Below are positions 7,560 through 15,890 of a stretch of DNA of 30,000 nucleotides, piece after piece. A program made the position numbers and the translations under genes. The notes beneath the pieces are model-generated. The model did no database searches. It had not been told where the DNA came from and worked only from the letters and a program-made list of their open reading frames with translations. Position 1 is the stretch's first letter. Every line of letters begins with the position of its first letter. The stretch is taken from assembly GCF_046237015.1 (NCBI RefSeq), contig NZ_JBJYIN010000001.1, positions 289,094 through 319,093 on the forward strand. Direction: 5' to 3'. The stretch comes from Pectobacterium sp. B1J-3 (lineage in GTDB: Bacteria; Pseudomonadota; Gammaproteobacteria; Enterobacterales; Enterobacteriaceae).

Positions 7560-9085
7560 GGTGTCGGCACCTGTTGCACGATTTTCACCACCGAGCGCAC
7601 CGTGAACACCATCGCGTCCGACAGGTCACTGTAAACCGAACGGGAGCGGTCTACGGGGTCCACGGCATAGGCCCCTTCATGATCAACATCGGTCGCTAGT
7701 ACCCCACGAATTCGTGAAGAAGAGGTCCGGATGGCCGTCACTGGCACCGTGCCGTCGCCGGGACTCCCTGCGGAAATCAGCTCATGGGTTCTTAACGGAT
7801 TGAGCTCAATAGTCTTTCCGGCATCCTTCACGGCCAGTTGTGCCGCCTTCACACGCGAAGAGATGGTCTGCGCTTTCCATGTCAAAAATGCATCAGACGG
7901 ATTATCCGCACTCGCACCGTAAAACAGCCAGGTCTGCGGATGGTATTTTCCGTTTAATTCTTCAATGAACTCTTTAACTGGCTTCTTTATTCGGTAAACA
8001 AAAGCTTCCCACTCACTGTTCGTATCCCCCAGCAGCAAATCCTGTTCACACAACCGCCACCAAGCCGTTTTGTTCAGGTAAATCTCCTCATACGGATCGT
8101 TCTTCGGCAAGGACTGGCAAGAACTGCTCTCCTCGACCTTCAGCCAGCCCAGACCATAAGCCCTGCCCGGCAGAAGTTGTAACGGACCAGGGGACTGTGC
8201 CAGCACTGGCATCAGCTTTTCCGCATTATTCCCGATAATCATTCCGGTAACGCCCCGCTCACCGGTTTTCATCCGCCGGTACGCCGCTGGCGAGCCCAGA
8301 TCCGGCATTACGCCATGCACAACTCCCAGAATATTTTCCTGCCCGTTCATGTTCTCCGAGTAGTGACGGGCAACCAGTCCCCCCATCGAGTGGGTGATCA
8401 GGATGACTTTATTGACCGCCAGACGACCGTGATAATCTCTCAGCACCTTGCGGATATACGTTCCCAGCAGCGTCGCCGAGTCCACATTAGACTGCAGCCA
8501 GTTATAACCAAAAACGTGCAGCGGGTATAAAAAACGGTGGCCATGTGCCGTTTCTGTTTCCGTCAGTACCTGTTCCACCGGCTCGTCGCCTAGCCTGATG
8601 CCAGTAAAACGCTGTCTCGCTGTCTGCAGTTTTTCCTCTCTGAAGTAGTTATCTATCAGGATATCATCGTCGTTGAGCAGGTACTGCAACCGGTCAAGCG
8701 CCTCCCCGTAGCTCTTGTAAAATGCGCATCCCCATCCCCGCTCTCGCCGCGAGGGGAATTTTTTTCCGTCCGCACCCTCGTTAAAAATAGCCCCTCGGTC
8801 ATCAACCATCGTGGTCTTCGGATCAAGCAGAAGCTTCCTTTTCTCTGGGCTGGCAAGCGGCCATTTTTTTAGCGACGAAACGCTGAATTGCCAGACCTCA
8901 TCGTCCTTATTTTTCAGGTTTGATCCCATCACCCCGGGAATAAAAATCACCGGGATCACCTTTTCTGGCGGTTTGAGGCAGACCGCCACATAATTCTTTT
9001 CTTTTGCCTGAGGAATAATGTCGTAGTGGAATCGCCCATCTTCATCCCAGATGGGACGATGGTAAGAATAGTTTTCGTCGTCCAT
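7556..9085 (-). CDS. alpha/beta-hydrolase lipase/phospholipase, candidate T6SS Tle-type (PGAP1-like/Tle4-like) antibacterial effector
   Basis: 509 aa with no signal peptide. PVIFIPGVMGSNL (oxyanion-type loop), VILITHSMGGLVARHY (GxSxG nucleophile elbow), SPGDGTVP (Asp) and DVDHEGAY (His) form a Ser-Asp-His arrangement. The gene is coupled to a membrane-anchored partner gene. Lipase fold confidence is ~0.8; T6SS effector role ~0.5. Confidence 0.65.
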   Translation of the reverse strand: MDDENYSYHRPIWDEDGRFHYDIIPQAKEKNYVAVCLKPPEKVIPVIFIPGVMGSNLKNKDDEVWQFSVSSLKKWPLASPEKRKLLLDPKTTMVDDRGAIFNEGADGKKFPSRRERGWGCAFYKSYGEALDRLQYLLNDDDILIDNYFREEKLQTARQRFTGIRLGDEPVEQVLTETETAHGHRFLYPLHVFGYNWLQSNVDSATLLGTYIRKVLRDYHGRLAVNKVILITHSMGGLVARHYSENMNGQENILGVVHGVMPDLGSPAAYRRMKTGERGVTGMIIGNNAEKLMPVLAQSPGPLQLLPGRAYGLGWLKVEESSSCQSLPKNDPYEEIYLNKTAWWRLCEQDLLLGDTNSEWEAFVYRIKKPVKEFIEELNGKYHPQTWLFYGASADNPSDAFLTWKAQTISSRVKAAQLAVKDAGKTIELNPLRTHELISAGSPGDGTVPVTAIRTSSSRIRGVLATDVDHEGAYAVDPVDRSRSVYSDLSDAMVFTVRSVVKIVQQVPTP

Positions 9086-9119
9086 GCGTTAACCTACTGT
9101 TATTTTTAATGATAAAGAC

Positions 9120-9137
9120 ACAGGTTCCATTACCTGT
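9120..9137. promoter_or_regulatory. perfect inverted repeat ACAGGT-N6-ACCTGT in the lipase leader/promoter region
   Basis: Read directly, 35-52 nt upstream of the lipase ATG (9085). The equivalent site in unit 1 (6229-6246, ACAGGATCCATCACCCGT) has lost two arm positions. Confidence 0.3.
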
Positions 9138-9273
9138 CGTCTACGAGAGGTTTATATTAATATGACCAAGCAGCACGTTAAATAATGAACATACATGCGC
9201 TTAATTCATAATGTCCAAGCGAATGATATGCCAAAATCATGGGCATACAGAAAGAATATGCCCATAAACTCAC

Positions 9274-9400
<127 letters not shown>

Positions 9401-9404
9401 TGTT

Positions 9405-9809
9405 TCAGAATGTCGCCGCCAACGGAAGCAGTTGTTCCTGTGACAAAGGTGCAAGTGGCACGGTAAAAGGCGAACGCGGATCAACCCATACCACCTCGGC
9501 AATCTCTGCCGCCGGATTAACCGATGCAACGCCAACCACTCGATAAACCTCAGCGACAACCGTACATCCAGGTTCATTCACCGCATGGTTGGAAAACTGC
9601 CCCAGATAAGTCAAATCATCGGCGCTAACGGTGATCAATAATTCTTCTTGTAGTTCCCGAATCAATGCGGCTTCCGGCGTTTCGTTAGGTTCCATTTTGC
9701 CACCCGGCTGCATAAACGCAGTCGTGCCACGTTTGCGCACCAACAAGCACGCTCCTGTAGTATCAAGGATCACTGCTGCCGCGATACGGATTTCGGAAGA
9801 TATCGACAT
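9405..9809 (-). CDS. NUDIX hydrolase (MutT-like)
   Basis: 134 aa. Nudix box GGKMEPNETPEAALIRELQEELLI fits GX5EX7REUXEEXGU. The start codon lies 4 nt after the LOG gene stop, with a GAGG SD sequence embedded in the LOG 3' end. Confidence 0.85.
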   Translation of the reverse strand: MSISSEIRIAAAVILDTTGACLLVRKRGTTAFMQPGGKMEPNETPEAALIRELQEELLITVSADDLTYLGQFSNHAVNEPGCTVVAEVYRVVGVASVNPAAEIAEVVWVDPRSPFTVPLAPLSQEQLLPLAATF

Positions 9810-9813
9810 GTGC

Positions 9814-10398
9814 TTACCTCGCCACCGTCCGTGTACCCGACGTCCACTTATGAGGCGGCGGCGTATAACTTGCGAAACTACTGAGAATATCGTCGATATT
9901 ATCGCTAAACTGCAACATATCCGAATAAGGCTGCTTCATAAAACCTTGCGTCACCATCGTCTGTGACATTGCACGAAGCGGATCAAAATATCCATTGATA
10001 TTCAGGAAGGCACACGGTTTATCGTGGATGCCTAATTGTGCCCACGTCCATTGCTCAAAAATTTCTTCAAGCGTTCCCGGCCCACCCGGCATAGCAATAA
10101 ACCCAGAGGCAATCTCTGCCATTTTCGCTTTTCGCTCATGCATGTTCTCCACCACATGCAATGTCGTCAGCCCCGGATGGGAAATTTCCTGCTCCACCAA
10201 CAAACGGGGCATCACACCAATGACGTTTCCGCCATGCGCAAGCGCTTCATCCGCCACCGCCCCCATCAAGCCAACTCGTCCACCACCGTAAACGATGGCA
10301 ATGCCAGACTGTGCCAGCACACGCCCAGTCGCACGGGCTGCCTCAATATAGGCTGCATCGCTACCCGCGCTTGAACCACAAAATATTCCTACAATCAT
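9814..10398 (-). CDS. LOG-family (TIGR00730-type) nucleotide 5'-monophosphate phosphoribohydrolase
   Basis: 194 aa. Motifs VYGGGRVGLMGAVA and AMPGGPGTLEEIFE (PGGxGTxEE) are typical of the LOG / lysine-decarboxylase-like family. Confidence 0.85.
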   Translation of the reverse strand: MIVGIFCGSSAGSDAAYIEAARATGRVLAQSGIAIVYGGGRVGLMGAVADEALAHGGNVIGVMPRLLVEQEISHPGLTTLHVVENMHERKAKMAEIASGFIAMPGGPGTLEEIFEQWTWAQLGIHDKPCAFLNINGYFDPLRAMSQTMVTQGFMKQPYSDMLQFSDNIDDILSSFASYTPPPHKWTSGTRTVAR

Positions 10399-10775
10399 TT
10401 TATATTCAATATGTTAAATTAAAAAAGAGTGTAACTATAGTAGCAAATCAGGCCGCAAGCCTAAAGTGCCATACGCTCTATCGCACTTTTCGCTTAACTG
10501 ATATCTGCACGACGAAAATTTTGCACGACCGCTTACGCTGGAAAAATTAATACCGTTAACACGATAGTTGCAATGCCGACAACACTGAGGCTGTGAAACA
10601 AGGGAATGAGAAGGCTATCGGGGGAAATTTTAGTGTAGGAGGCTATACGGGAACCTTTCCAGAAAAACAAAGTCAGGTTAGCACTCATGGTAAAGGCAGT
10701 TTTAAAAGTTTAGAGGGTTTTTTAGTGAATACCGCTCTAAACGTTCTCACTGCCATTTTCGCTCAGCAACTAATA

Positions 10776-12443
10776 TCAGGCAGGAAACGATAAAGACTGA
10801 GTTTGCTGCTGTTCATCCAGCCCGAGGCGTTGCAGAATGTCTTGTCGCAGCAGGTATTTCTTGATTTTCCCGGATGCGGTGCGCGGCAAACTCTCGACGA
10901 TCACCAGATGCTCGGGGTACTTGTACTTTGCCACACGTTTACGGCTGAAAAAGGCAATAATGTCTTCAAGCGTCAGCGTGTGGTAGGGGACGTTAAGCAC
11001 CACATAAGCGCATGAGCGTTCACCCAACCGTTCATCGGGCATGGCAACCACTCCCGCATCGCGGATACGCGGGTGTTGCATCAGAATATCCTCAACCTCA
11101 CGGCTGCTGATATTCTCTCCGCCGCGCACGATGATATCTTTCTTGCGTCCGGTGATTTTGATGTAGCCGTCGGCATCCATGCGGCACAGGTCACCGCTGT
11201 AATACCAGCCATTTTCATCCAGTGCGCGCGCTGTCAATTCCGGTTCATCCAGATACCCCATAAAAACATTCGGGCCGCGCGACGCTTCTTCACCCTCTTC
11301 ACCACACGTAACGATGTTGCGTGCTTTATCGACCACTTTGATTTCAACGCCCGGCGCGGCCTGTCCATCAGTGTTCACGATGCGGGATGTGGGATCATCC
11401 AGTTTCACTACGGCATGCGGTGAGCTTTCCGTTGAACCGTACACGCTGAGCAGTTTGATGCCCATCTGCATACAATCACGGGTGATCTTCTTGGGGATCG
11501 TGGTACCACCGCACAGGAAAAAACGCAGCGATGACAAATCGTAAGGTTTCTGCTGTACGCAGCACAGCAAATCGTAGACAAACGGCGTCGCGCCCAGTAC
11601 ACAGGTACAACGCTGCTGCTGTAACAGCTCAAGACAGTCTGCCGGATTGAAAATGTCCAGCAATACGCTACAAGCACCGATGATAAAGGGGGCGGTGACG
11701 CCGTGTAAAAAGCCGGTGGCATGACCCAACGGCGCGGGCATCAAAATGGCATCCAGCCAGGTCAGGTTCAGGCGTGCGCAGTAGGCGCGTTCGCTGGCGA
11801 GAATATTGTTGTGTGTCAGCATTACCCCTTTGGGTACCCCTTCCGTGCCGGAGGTAAAAAGCACGGCCGCTAACGCATCGCCATGCACGCGGATCGGCGT
11901 CTCCAGCGGTGCAAAATTATGCAATAGTTGACTGAGTGCCTGAGTACTGGGATTAGCGGGCGCCAGCTTATCCACGGCCACTATTTGTCGCAGGTAAGGC
12001 AACCGATCGCGCAACGAGATCGCTCTGTCGATGGGCTGGGTATTCTTGAACAAGGTAGGGGCGAACAGCACTTTTGCCTGGCATTTATTGAGGATCCATA
12101 CCAGCTCGGTTTCACGGTAGGCCGGGAGTAGCGGTACGGACACCGCGCCCACCTTCAGACAGGCCAGATAGATAATCGTAAACTCGCACCATCCAGGGAG
12201 CTGAAAAGCGACGCGATCGCCGGGTTCAATCCCACAGGAGAGCAAAAAGCTTGCAACACTGCTTGCTGCGCGGTCTAGCGCGGCATAGCTGTAAGACGTC
12301 CCCTGATTGTCAATCACGGCAACCTTGTCCGGCATAGCGCTTTGTGTTTGATGCCAATAGTCAGCGAGTGAAGCGTCTCCCCAGAATCCTTGCTGACGGT
12401 ATAACGCCCGACGTTCAGCGTTAAATGCTATTGAAACGGTCAT
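10776..12443 (-). CDS. fadK: short/medium-chain acyl-CoA synthetase (AMP-forming)
   Basis: 555 aa. AMP-binding motifs LFTSGTEGVPKGV and YGSTE, plus GWYYSGDL..GYIKITGRKKDIIVRGGENIS. Follows ydiT as in E. coli. Strong resemblance to remembered E. coli FadK (YdiD). Confidence 0.85.
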   Translation of the reverse strand: MTVSIAFNAERRALYRQQGFWGDASLADYWHQTQSAMPDKVAVIDNQGTSYSYAALDRAASSVASFLLSCGIEPGDRVAFQLPGWCEFTIIYLACLKVGAVSVPLLPAYRETELVWILNKCQAKVLFAPTLFKNTQPIDRAISLRDRLPYLRQIVAVDKLAPANPSTQALSQLLHNFAPLETPIRVHGDALAAVLFTSGTEGVPKGVMLTHNNILASERAYCARLNLTWLDAILMPAPLGHATGFLHGVTAPFIIGACSVLLDIFNPADCLELLQQQRCTCVLGATPFVYDLLCCVQQKPYDLSSLRFFLCGGTTIPKKITRDCMQMGIKLLSVYGSTESSPHAVVKLDDPTSRIVNTDGQAAPGVEIKVVDKARNIVTCGEEGEEASRGPNVFMGYLDEPELTARALDENGWYYSGDLCRMDADGYIKITGRKKDIIVRGGENISSREVEDILMQHPRIRDAGVVAMPDERLGERSCAYVVLNVPYHTLTLEDIIAFFSRKRVAKYKYPEHLVIVESLPRTASGKIKKYLLRQDILQRLGLDEQQQTQSLSFPA

Positions 12444-12503
12444 GTGTTTTATCTCAGGATTTAACGACCACCCGTGTGGCCGTCTATCACTTATGCGGAG
12501 GGA

Positions 12504-12797
12504 TCAACCAAAACGGAATTCAATACCGAACGTCCCCCGCGGGTATTCCCATTGTTCCAGGATAGTTTCACCGCACAGTACCCGGCAGGTACCGCACTCT
12601 AGACAGCCAGCAGAGTCGAAATGGATATTCCCTGCTTCATCCTGCTTGTAGAGCCCTGCCGGACAGGCCTTGAGTAATTTACGAAACTCAGCCATATCAG
12701 GGTTGTCGGCCAGAATGATATGTGGATGACCTTCATCCACATGGAACTTGTTGACGCCCAGTTTGACGTCCACATTGACGCTGTTGTCGTGACTCAT
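12504..12797 (-). CDS. ydiT: FixX-type ferredoxin-like protein
   Basis: 97 aa. Cys cluster ..CPAGLY..CLECGTCRVLC.. 4-nt ATGA overlap with the ydiS stop. Position as in the E. coli ydiQRST operon. Confidence 0.85.
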   Translation of the reverse strand: MSHDNSVNVDVKLGVNKFHVDEGHPHIILADNPDMAEFRKLLKACPAGLYKQDEAGNIHFDSAGCLECGTCRVLCGETILEQWEYPRGTFGIEFRFG

Positions 12798-14083
12798 AGC
12801 GCTGTCGCTCCCTTGATGCCGTCTTTCAGCAGGTTTATCAGTCCAACCTGTTTGGCACGCTTCATGATTTTTGATCGCACTGGCACGTTAGGGCCGCCAT
12901 CAATAATGAACAGATCGCTCATGATATCGGCCACCATGCGTGGGTACTGGGTGAACATGCGTGGGTTTTCCATCATGGCGGGCACTTTGCGATAATGGTG
13001 CATATCGCGTAGCACGAAGCTCTTTTCCAACGTGCGTTTGTACTCCATCAGGCTGCTGGAGGAGAAGTCCTGACGCTGCTTTGCGGCAATCGCGGCGTCG
13101 GCGGCGGCCTGTGCAGAGGCAATCGCCAAGTCCATGCCGCGCACGGTGTAGCCCAGATTGAGGCACAGACCGGCAGCATCGCCGACGATCATCACGCCGT
13201 CATCCACCAGACTGGGCACCATATCCAGCCCACCTTCCGGCACCATGTGTGCCGAGTACTCCAGCAACTCTCCCCCTTGAATCAAGGGGCGGATCGTCGG
13301 GTGTTGTTTAAAATCTTCCAGCATCTGCGGCACACTTTTACTGGCGTGGGCGATATCGCCCAAACCGCAAACCAGACCCAGTGAAATTGAGTCTTTATTG
13401 GTGTAGAGAAAACCACCGCCCATCAACCCGTTGGAAGGCGAACCGGCAAACAGCCAGGCCGCACCTTCTCCCGGTGCCAGGTTAAACCTGTCTTCGATTT
13501 GCGATGCGGGTAGGGCAATCAGCTCCTTCACACCGACCGCATAGTGATGCGGTGATGGAGGCGGGACCATACCGACGGAACGGCCCAGCAGCGAGTTCAC
13601 GCCATCAGCCAAGATCACCACGTTCGCTTCCAGCGCATCGTCTCCTGCCTGCACGCCAGTGACTCGGTTGCCTTCGCGCAACAAGGCATCGACGCGTACG
13701 CCAGGAATAAACTGCACACCAGCTTCTTCAGCTTTCTCCATCAGCCAAGGATCGAATCGGTTGCGCAGCACGGTGTAAGAGGCTTTGGCTGGAATATCCG
13801 GTTGTTCGCTGTGATAATCCATCGTGACGGCGCTTTCATCGGTGAGAAAGGAAATTTTTTCTCGCGTGACTTTGCGTTCAACCGGAGCCTGTTGTGCAAA
13901 CCCAGGCATAATGCTTTCCAGACTGTGGGCGTAAAGGCGTCCACCGGTCATATTTTTACTGCCCGCGCTGTTACCGCGTTCGATGACTAATACATCAAGA
14001 CCGGCTTGTGCCATGACATAACCGGCGACGCAGCCCGCAACTCCAGCACCGACGACGATGGCATCAAATTTTTCTTCCGACAT
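12794..14083 (-). CDS. ydiS: FixC-type FAD-dependent ETF-quinone oxidoreductase-like protein
   Basis: 429 aa. N-terminal FAD fold FDAIVVGAGVAGCVAGYVMAQAGLDVLVIERG. Length and position match E. coli YdiS. Confidence 0.9.
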   Translation of the reverse strand: MSEEKFDAIVVGAGVAGCVAGYVMAQAGLDVLVIERGNSAGSKNMTGGRLYAHSLESIMPGFAQQAPVERKVTREKISFLTDESAVTMDYHSEQPDIPAKASYTVLRNRFDPWLMEKAEEAGVQFIPGVRVDALLREGNRVTGVQAGDDALEANVVILADGVNSLLGRSVGMVPPPSPHHYAVGVKELIALPASQIEDRFNLAPGEGAAWLFAGSPSNGLMGGGFLYTNKDSISLGLVCGLGDIAHASKSVPQMLEDFKQHPTIRPLIQGGELLEYSAHMVPEGGLDMVPSLVDDGVMIVGDAAGLCLNLGYTVRGMDLAIASAQAAADAAIAAKQRQDFSSSSLMEYKRTLEKSFVLRDMHHYRKVPAMMENPRMFTQYPRMVADIMSDLFIIDGGPNVPVRSKIMKRAKQVGLINLLKDGIKGATAL

Positions 14084-14158
14084 GGTTCCTGCTCCCTATC
14101 CCACCACATTATTGTGGCGGGATACGTGCTGTTAACGAAAAAGCCAACAAATGAAGGA

Positions 14159-15109
14159 TTACCGGGTCAACTGCTCAACCAACGCCGGGACCACTTTGTA
14201 GATATCACCGACTAAACCGTAGTCGGCGTATTTGAAGATCGGCGCATTCTTGTCTTTGTTAATGGCGACGATAGTTTTTGCCCCGTTGCCACCCACCATG
14301 TGCTGAATTTGGCCGGAGATCCCTAGTGTTAGGTAGAGATCGGATTTCAGCAGCACACCAGAGACACCGATATAGCGCTCGCGCTCCATCCAGTGTTCCC
14401 CTTCAGCAATCGGGCGTGAGCAGCCGACTTCCGCGCCCAATACCGTTGCCAGGTCTTGAACCATGCGTAAATCTTCCTGCGACACCAATCCACGGCCCAC
14501 GCCGACAACACGTTTAGCCTTGCTCAAGTCGACACTACTCAAGGATTTGGCTCGGCGTTCAACACACAGAATTTCCTGACGCGGTGCAACATAGCTAGCC
14601 TGATAAACCGGGCAATCAGACGGTGCGGTGGCTGTCTCGGATTCGACGGCACCCGGTGCCAGCGTAACGATGGCAATGGGGGTATTGATCTTCTCTTTGC
14701 CAAACGCGAGGCCACCGTACATGCGATGTTCGGCATACAACGCATGCTCATTTACCGTCAGGGCAGTGACATCGTTGACGACGGCAGCATCAAGCAGCAC
14801 ACTCAACCGGGCCGCCAGCGCCTTACCGCGCTTAGTGGCTGCCAGTAGGATCAGCGTGGTGGGAAAGTCCGCCGTTGCCGGTTTTTCGATCAGGGATGCC
14901 AGCGTTTCGGCGTAGTTTTCGATACGCTGCTGCGCTGTTTTGCCGAGCACATAAAGCCCCTGCGCACCGAGCGGTTTAACGGCGGCAACCTGCGCGTCAT
15001 CTTGCACAACCGCATAAACCTGCTGTCCCCACTGGCGTGCGCCCGTCATTAATTCGCTGTAGCGCTCAACGTTATCGCTGAACACCCATACATTGGTTAA
15101 TTGACTCAT
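14159..15109 (-). CDS. ydiR: electron-transfer flavoprotein alpha subunit (FixB-type)
   Basis: 316 aa. C-terminal ETF-alpha FAD region [30 protein letters not shown]. Lies downstream of the ETF-beta gene. Confidence 0.9.
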   Translation of the reverse strand: [316 protein letters not shown]

Positions 15110-15125
15110 GATGATATTCTCCGGG

Positions 15126-15890
15126 TTAGTTCAGCGCTTTTTTCAGGTGTTCGGCCAGTTCGGCGATCGCTTCCGGCGAATCGCTTTCCAGAATGATGTG
15201 TTTACGCTCCGCCTGCGGTGGTACGTGGATCTGCGTCAGCTCGGTGTGGGGGGCTGTGCGCTGCCAACTGATATCTTCCGCTTTCCATTGCGTTACCGGT
15301 TTTTTCCCGGCACCCAGAATGGCCTTCATCGACGGAATTTTTGGCGCATTAATATCTGATGTCACGCAGAGCACGGCGGGCAGCGGCAGCTCAAGAATTT
15401 CCACTTCCTCTTCCAATGTGCGCTCCACGCGCACCCGGTTATCCAGCAGTTCTACCTGGCTTACGGCATTGACGGTAGGCAGTTGCAACATTTCACCGAC
15501 CAGCAGTCCAACCTGCTGCGCATAGAGATCGCCGGAGCCTTCGCCGAACAGCAGCAGATCGAAGCCAATCTTACGGGCCGCAGCCGCTAGCACTTGTGCA
15601 GTATCTTTGGGTAGCACGTTGTCTAACTGCGCATCCTGTACCAGGAACAGTTCATTGGGGCCGCGCGACAGCACATCTTTGCGCACTTTGGTGTTGTCCA
15701 GCAGGCTGCCGCCAACGCTCAGCGCCGCGACGTGCCCATCAGCGCCGGCCAACTGGGTAGCGGCCTCGATGGCATTCAAATCAAACTGGCTGATTTTTGC
15801 ATCGGCACGGTCAAAATTGAGCGTGCGTTGGGCGGTAATCACAATGTCTTGCTCTTCGGGCACCAGCTTGAAGCAGGTTATTATTTTCAT
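15126..15890 (-). CDS. ydiQ: electron-transfer flavoprotein beta subunit (FixA-type)
   Basis: The ORF track gives 15126..16007. I trim to the ATG at 15890 (MKIITCFKLVPEEQD..), which is preceded by AGGAG. This gives 254 aa, the length I remember for E. coli YdiQ. Confidence 0.9.
   Translation of the reverse strand: MKIITCFKLVPEEQDIVITAQRTLNFDRADAKISQFDLNAIEAATQLAGADGHVAALSVGGSLLDNTKVRKDVLSRGPNELFLVQDAQLDNVLPKDTAQVLAAAARKIGFDLLLFGEGSGDLYAQQVGLLVGEMLQLPTVNAVSQVELLDNRVRVERTLEEEVEILELPLPAVLCVTSDINAPKIPSMKAILGAGKKPVTQWKAEDISWQRTAPHTELTQIHVPPQAERKHIILESDSPEAIAELAEHLKKALN

Larger units (their letters stand above)
4670..9170. repeat. head-to-tail tandem duplication of a lipase/partner module (unit 1 ~4670-6282, unit 2 ~6283-9170)
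   Basis: Direct sequence comparison shows three things shared by both units. (1) The 3' flanks (~4670-4836 vs ~6283-6452). (2) The partner genes (4837-5949 vs 6453-7559). (3) The lipase 3' end, lipase 5' end and ~90 bp upstream (6192-6282 vs 9083-9170). Unit boundaries are approximate to +/-10 bp. Confidence 0.9.

Noticed and set aside
10593-10793. 66-aa plus-strand ORF overlapping the 3' end of fadK
   Set aside because: It has a GTG start and no SD sequence, overlaps the convergent fadK stop region, and its sequence is Gly/Ser-rich and unstructured-looking.
14084-14158. Intercistronic hairpin CCCACCACA-ttat-TGTGGCGGG between ydiR and ydiS
   Set aside because: It is real as sequence: a 9-bp stem with one mismatch, just upstream of the ydiS SD sequence. 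It is too small and unremarkable to call a REP element or attenuator without comparative or RNA data.
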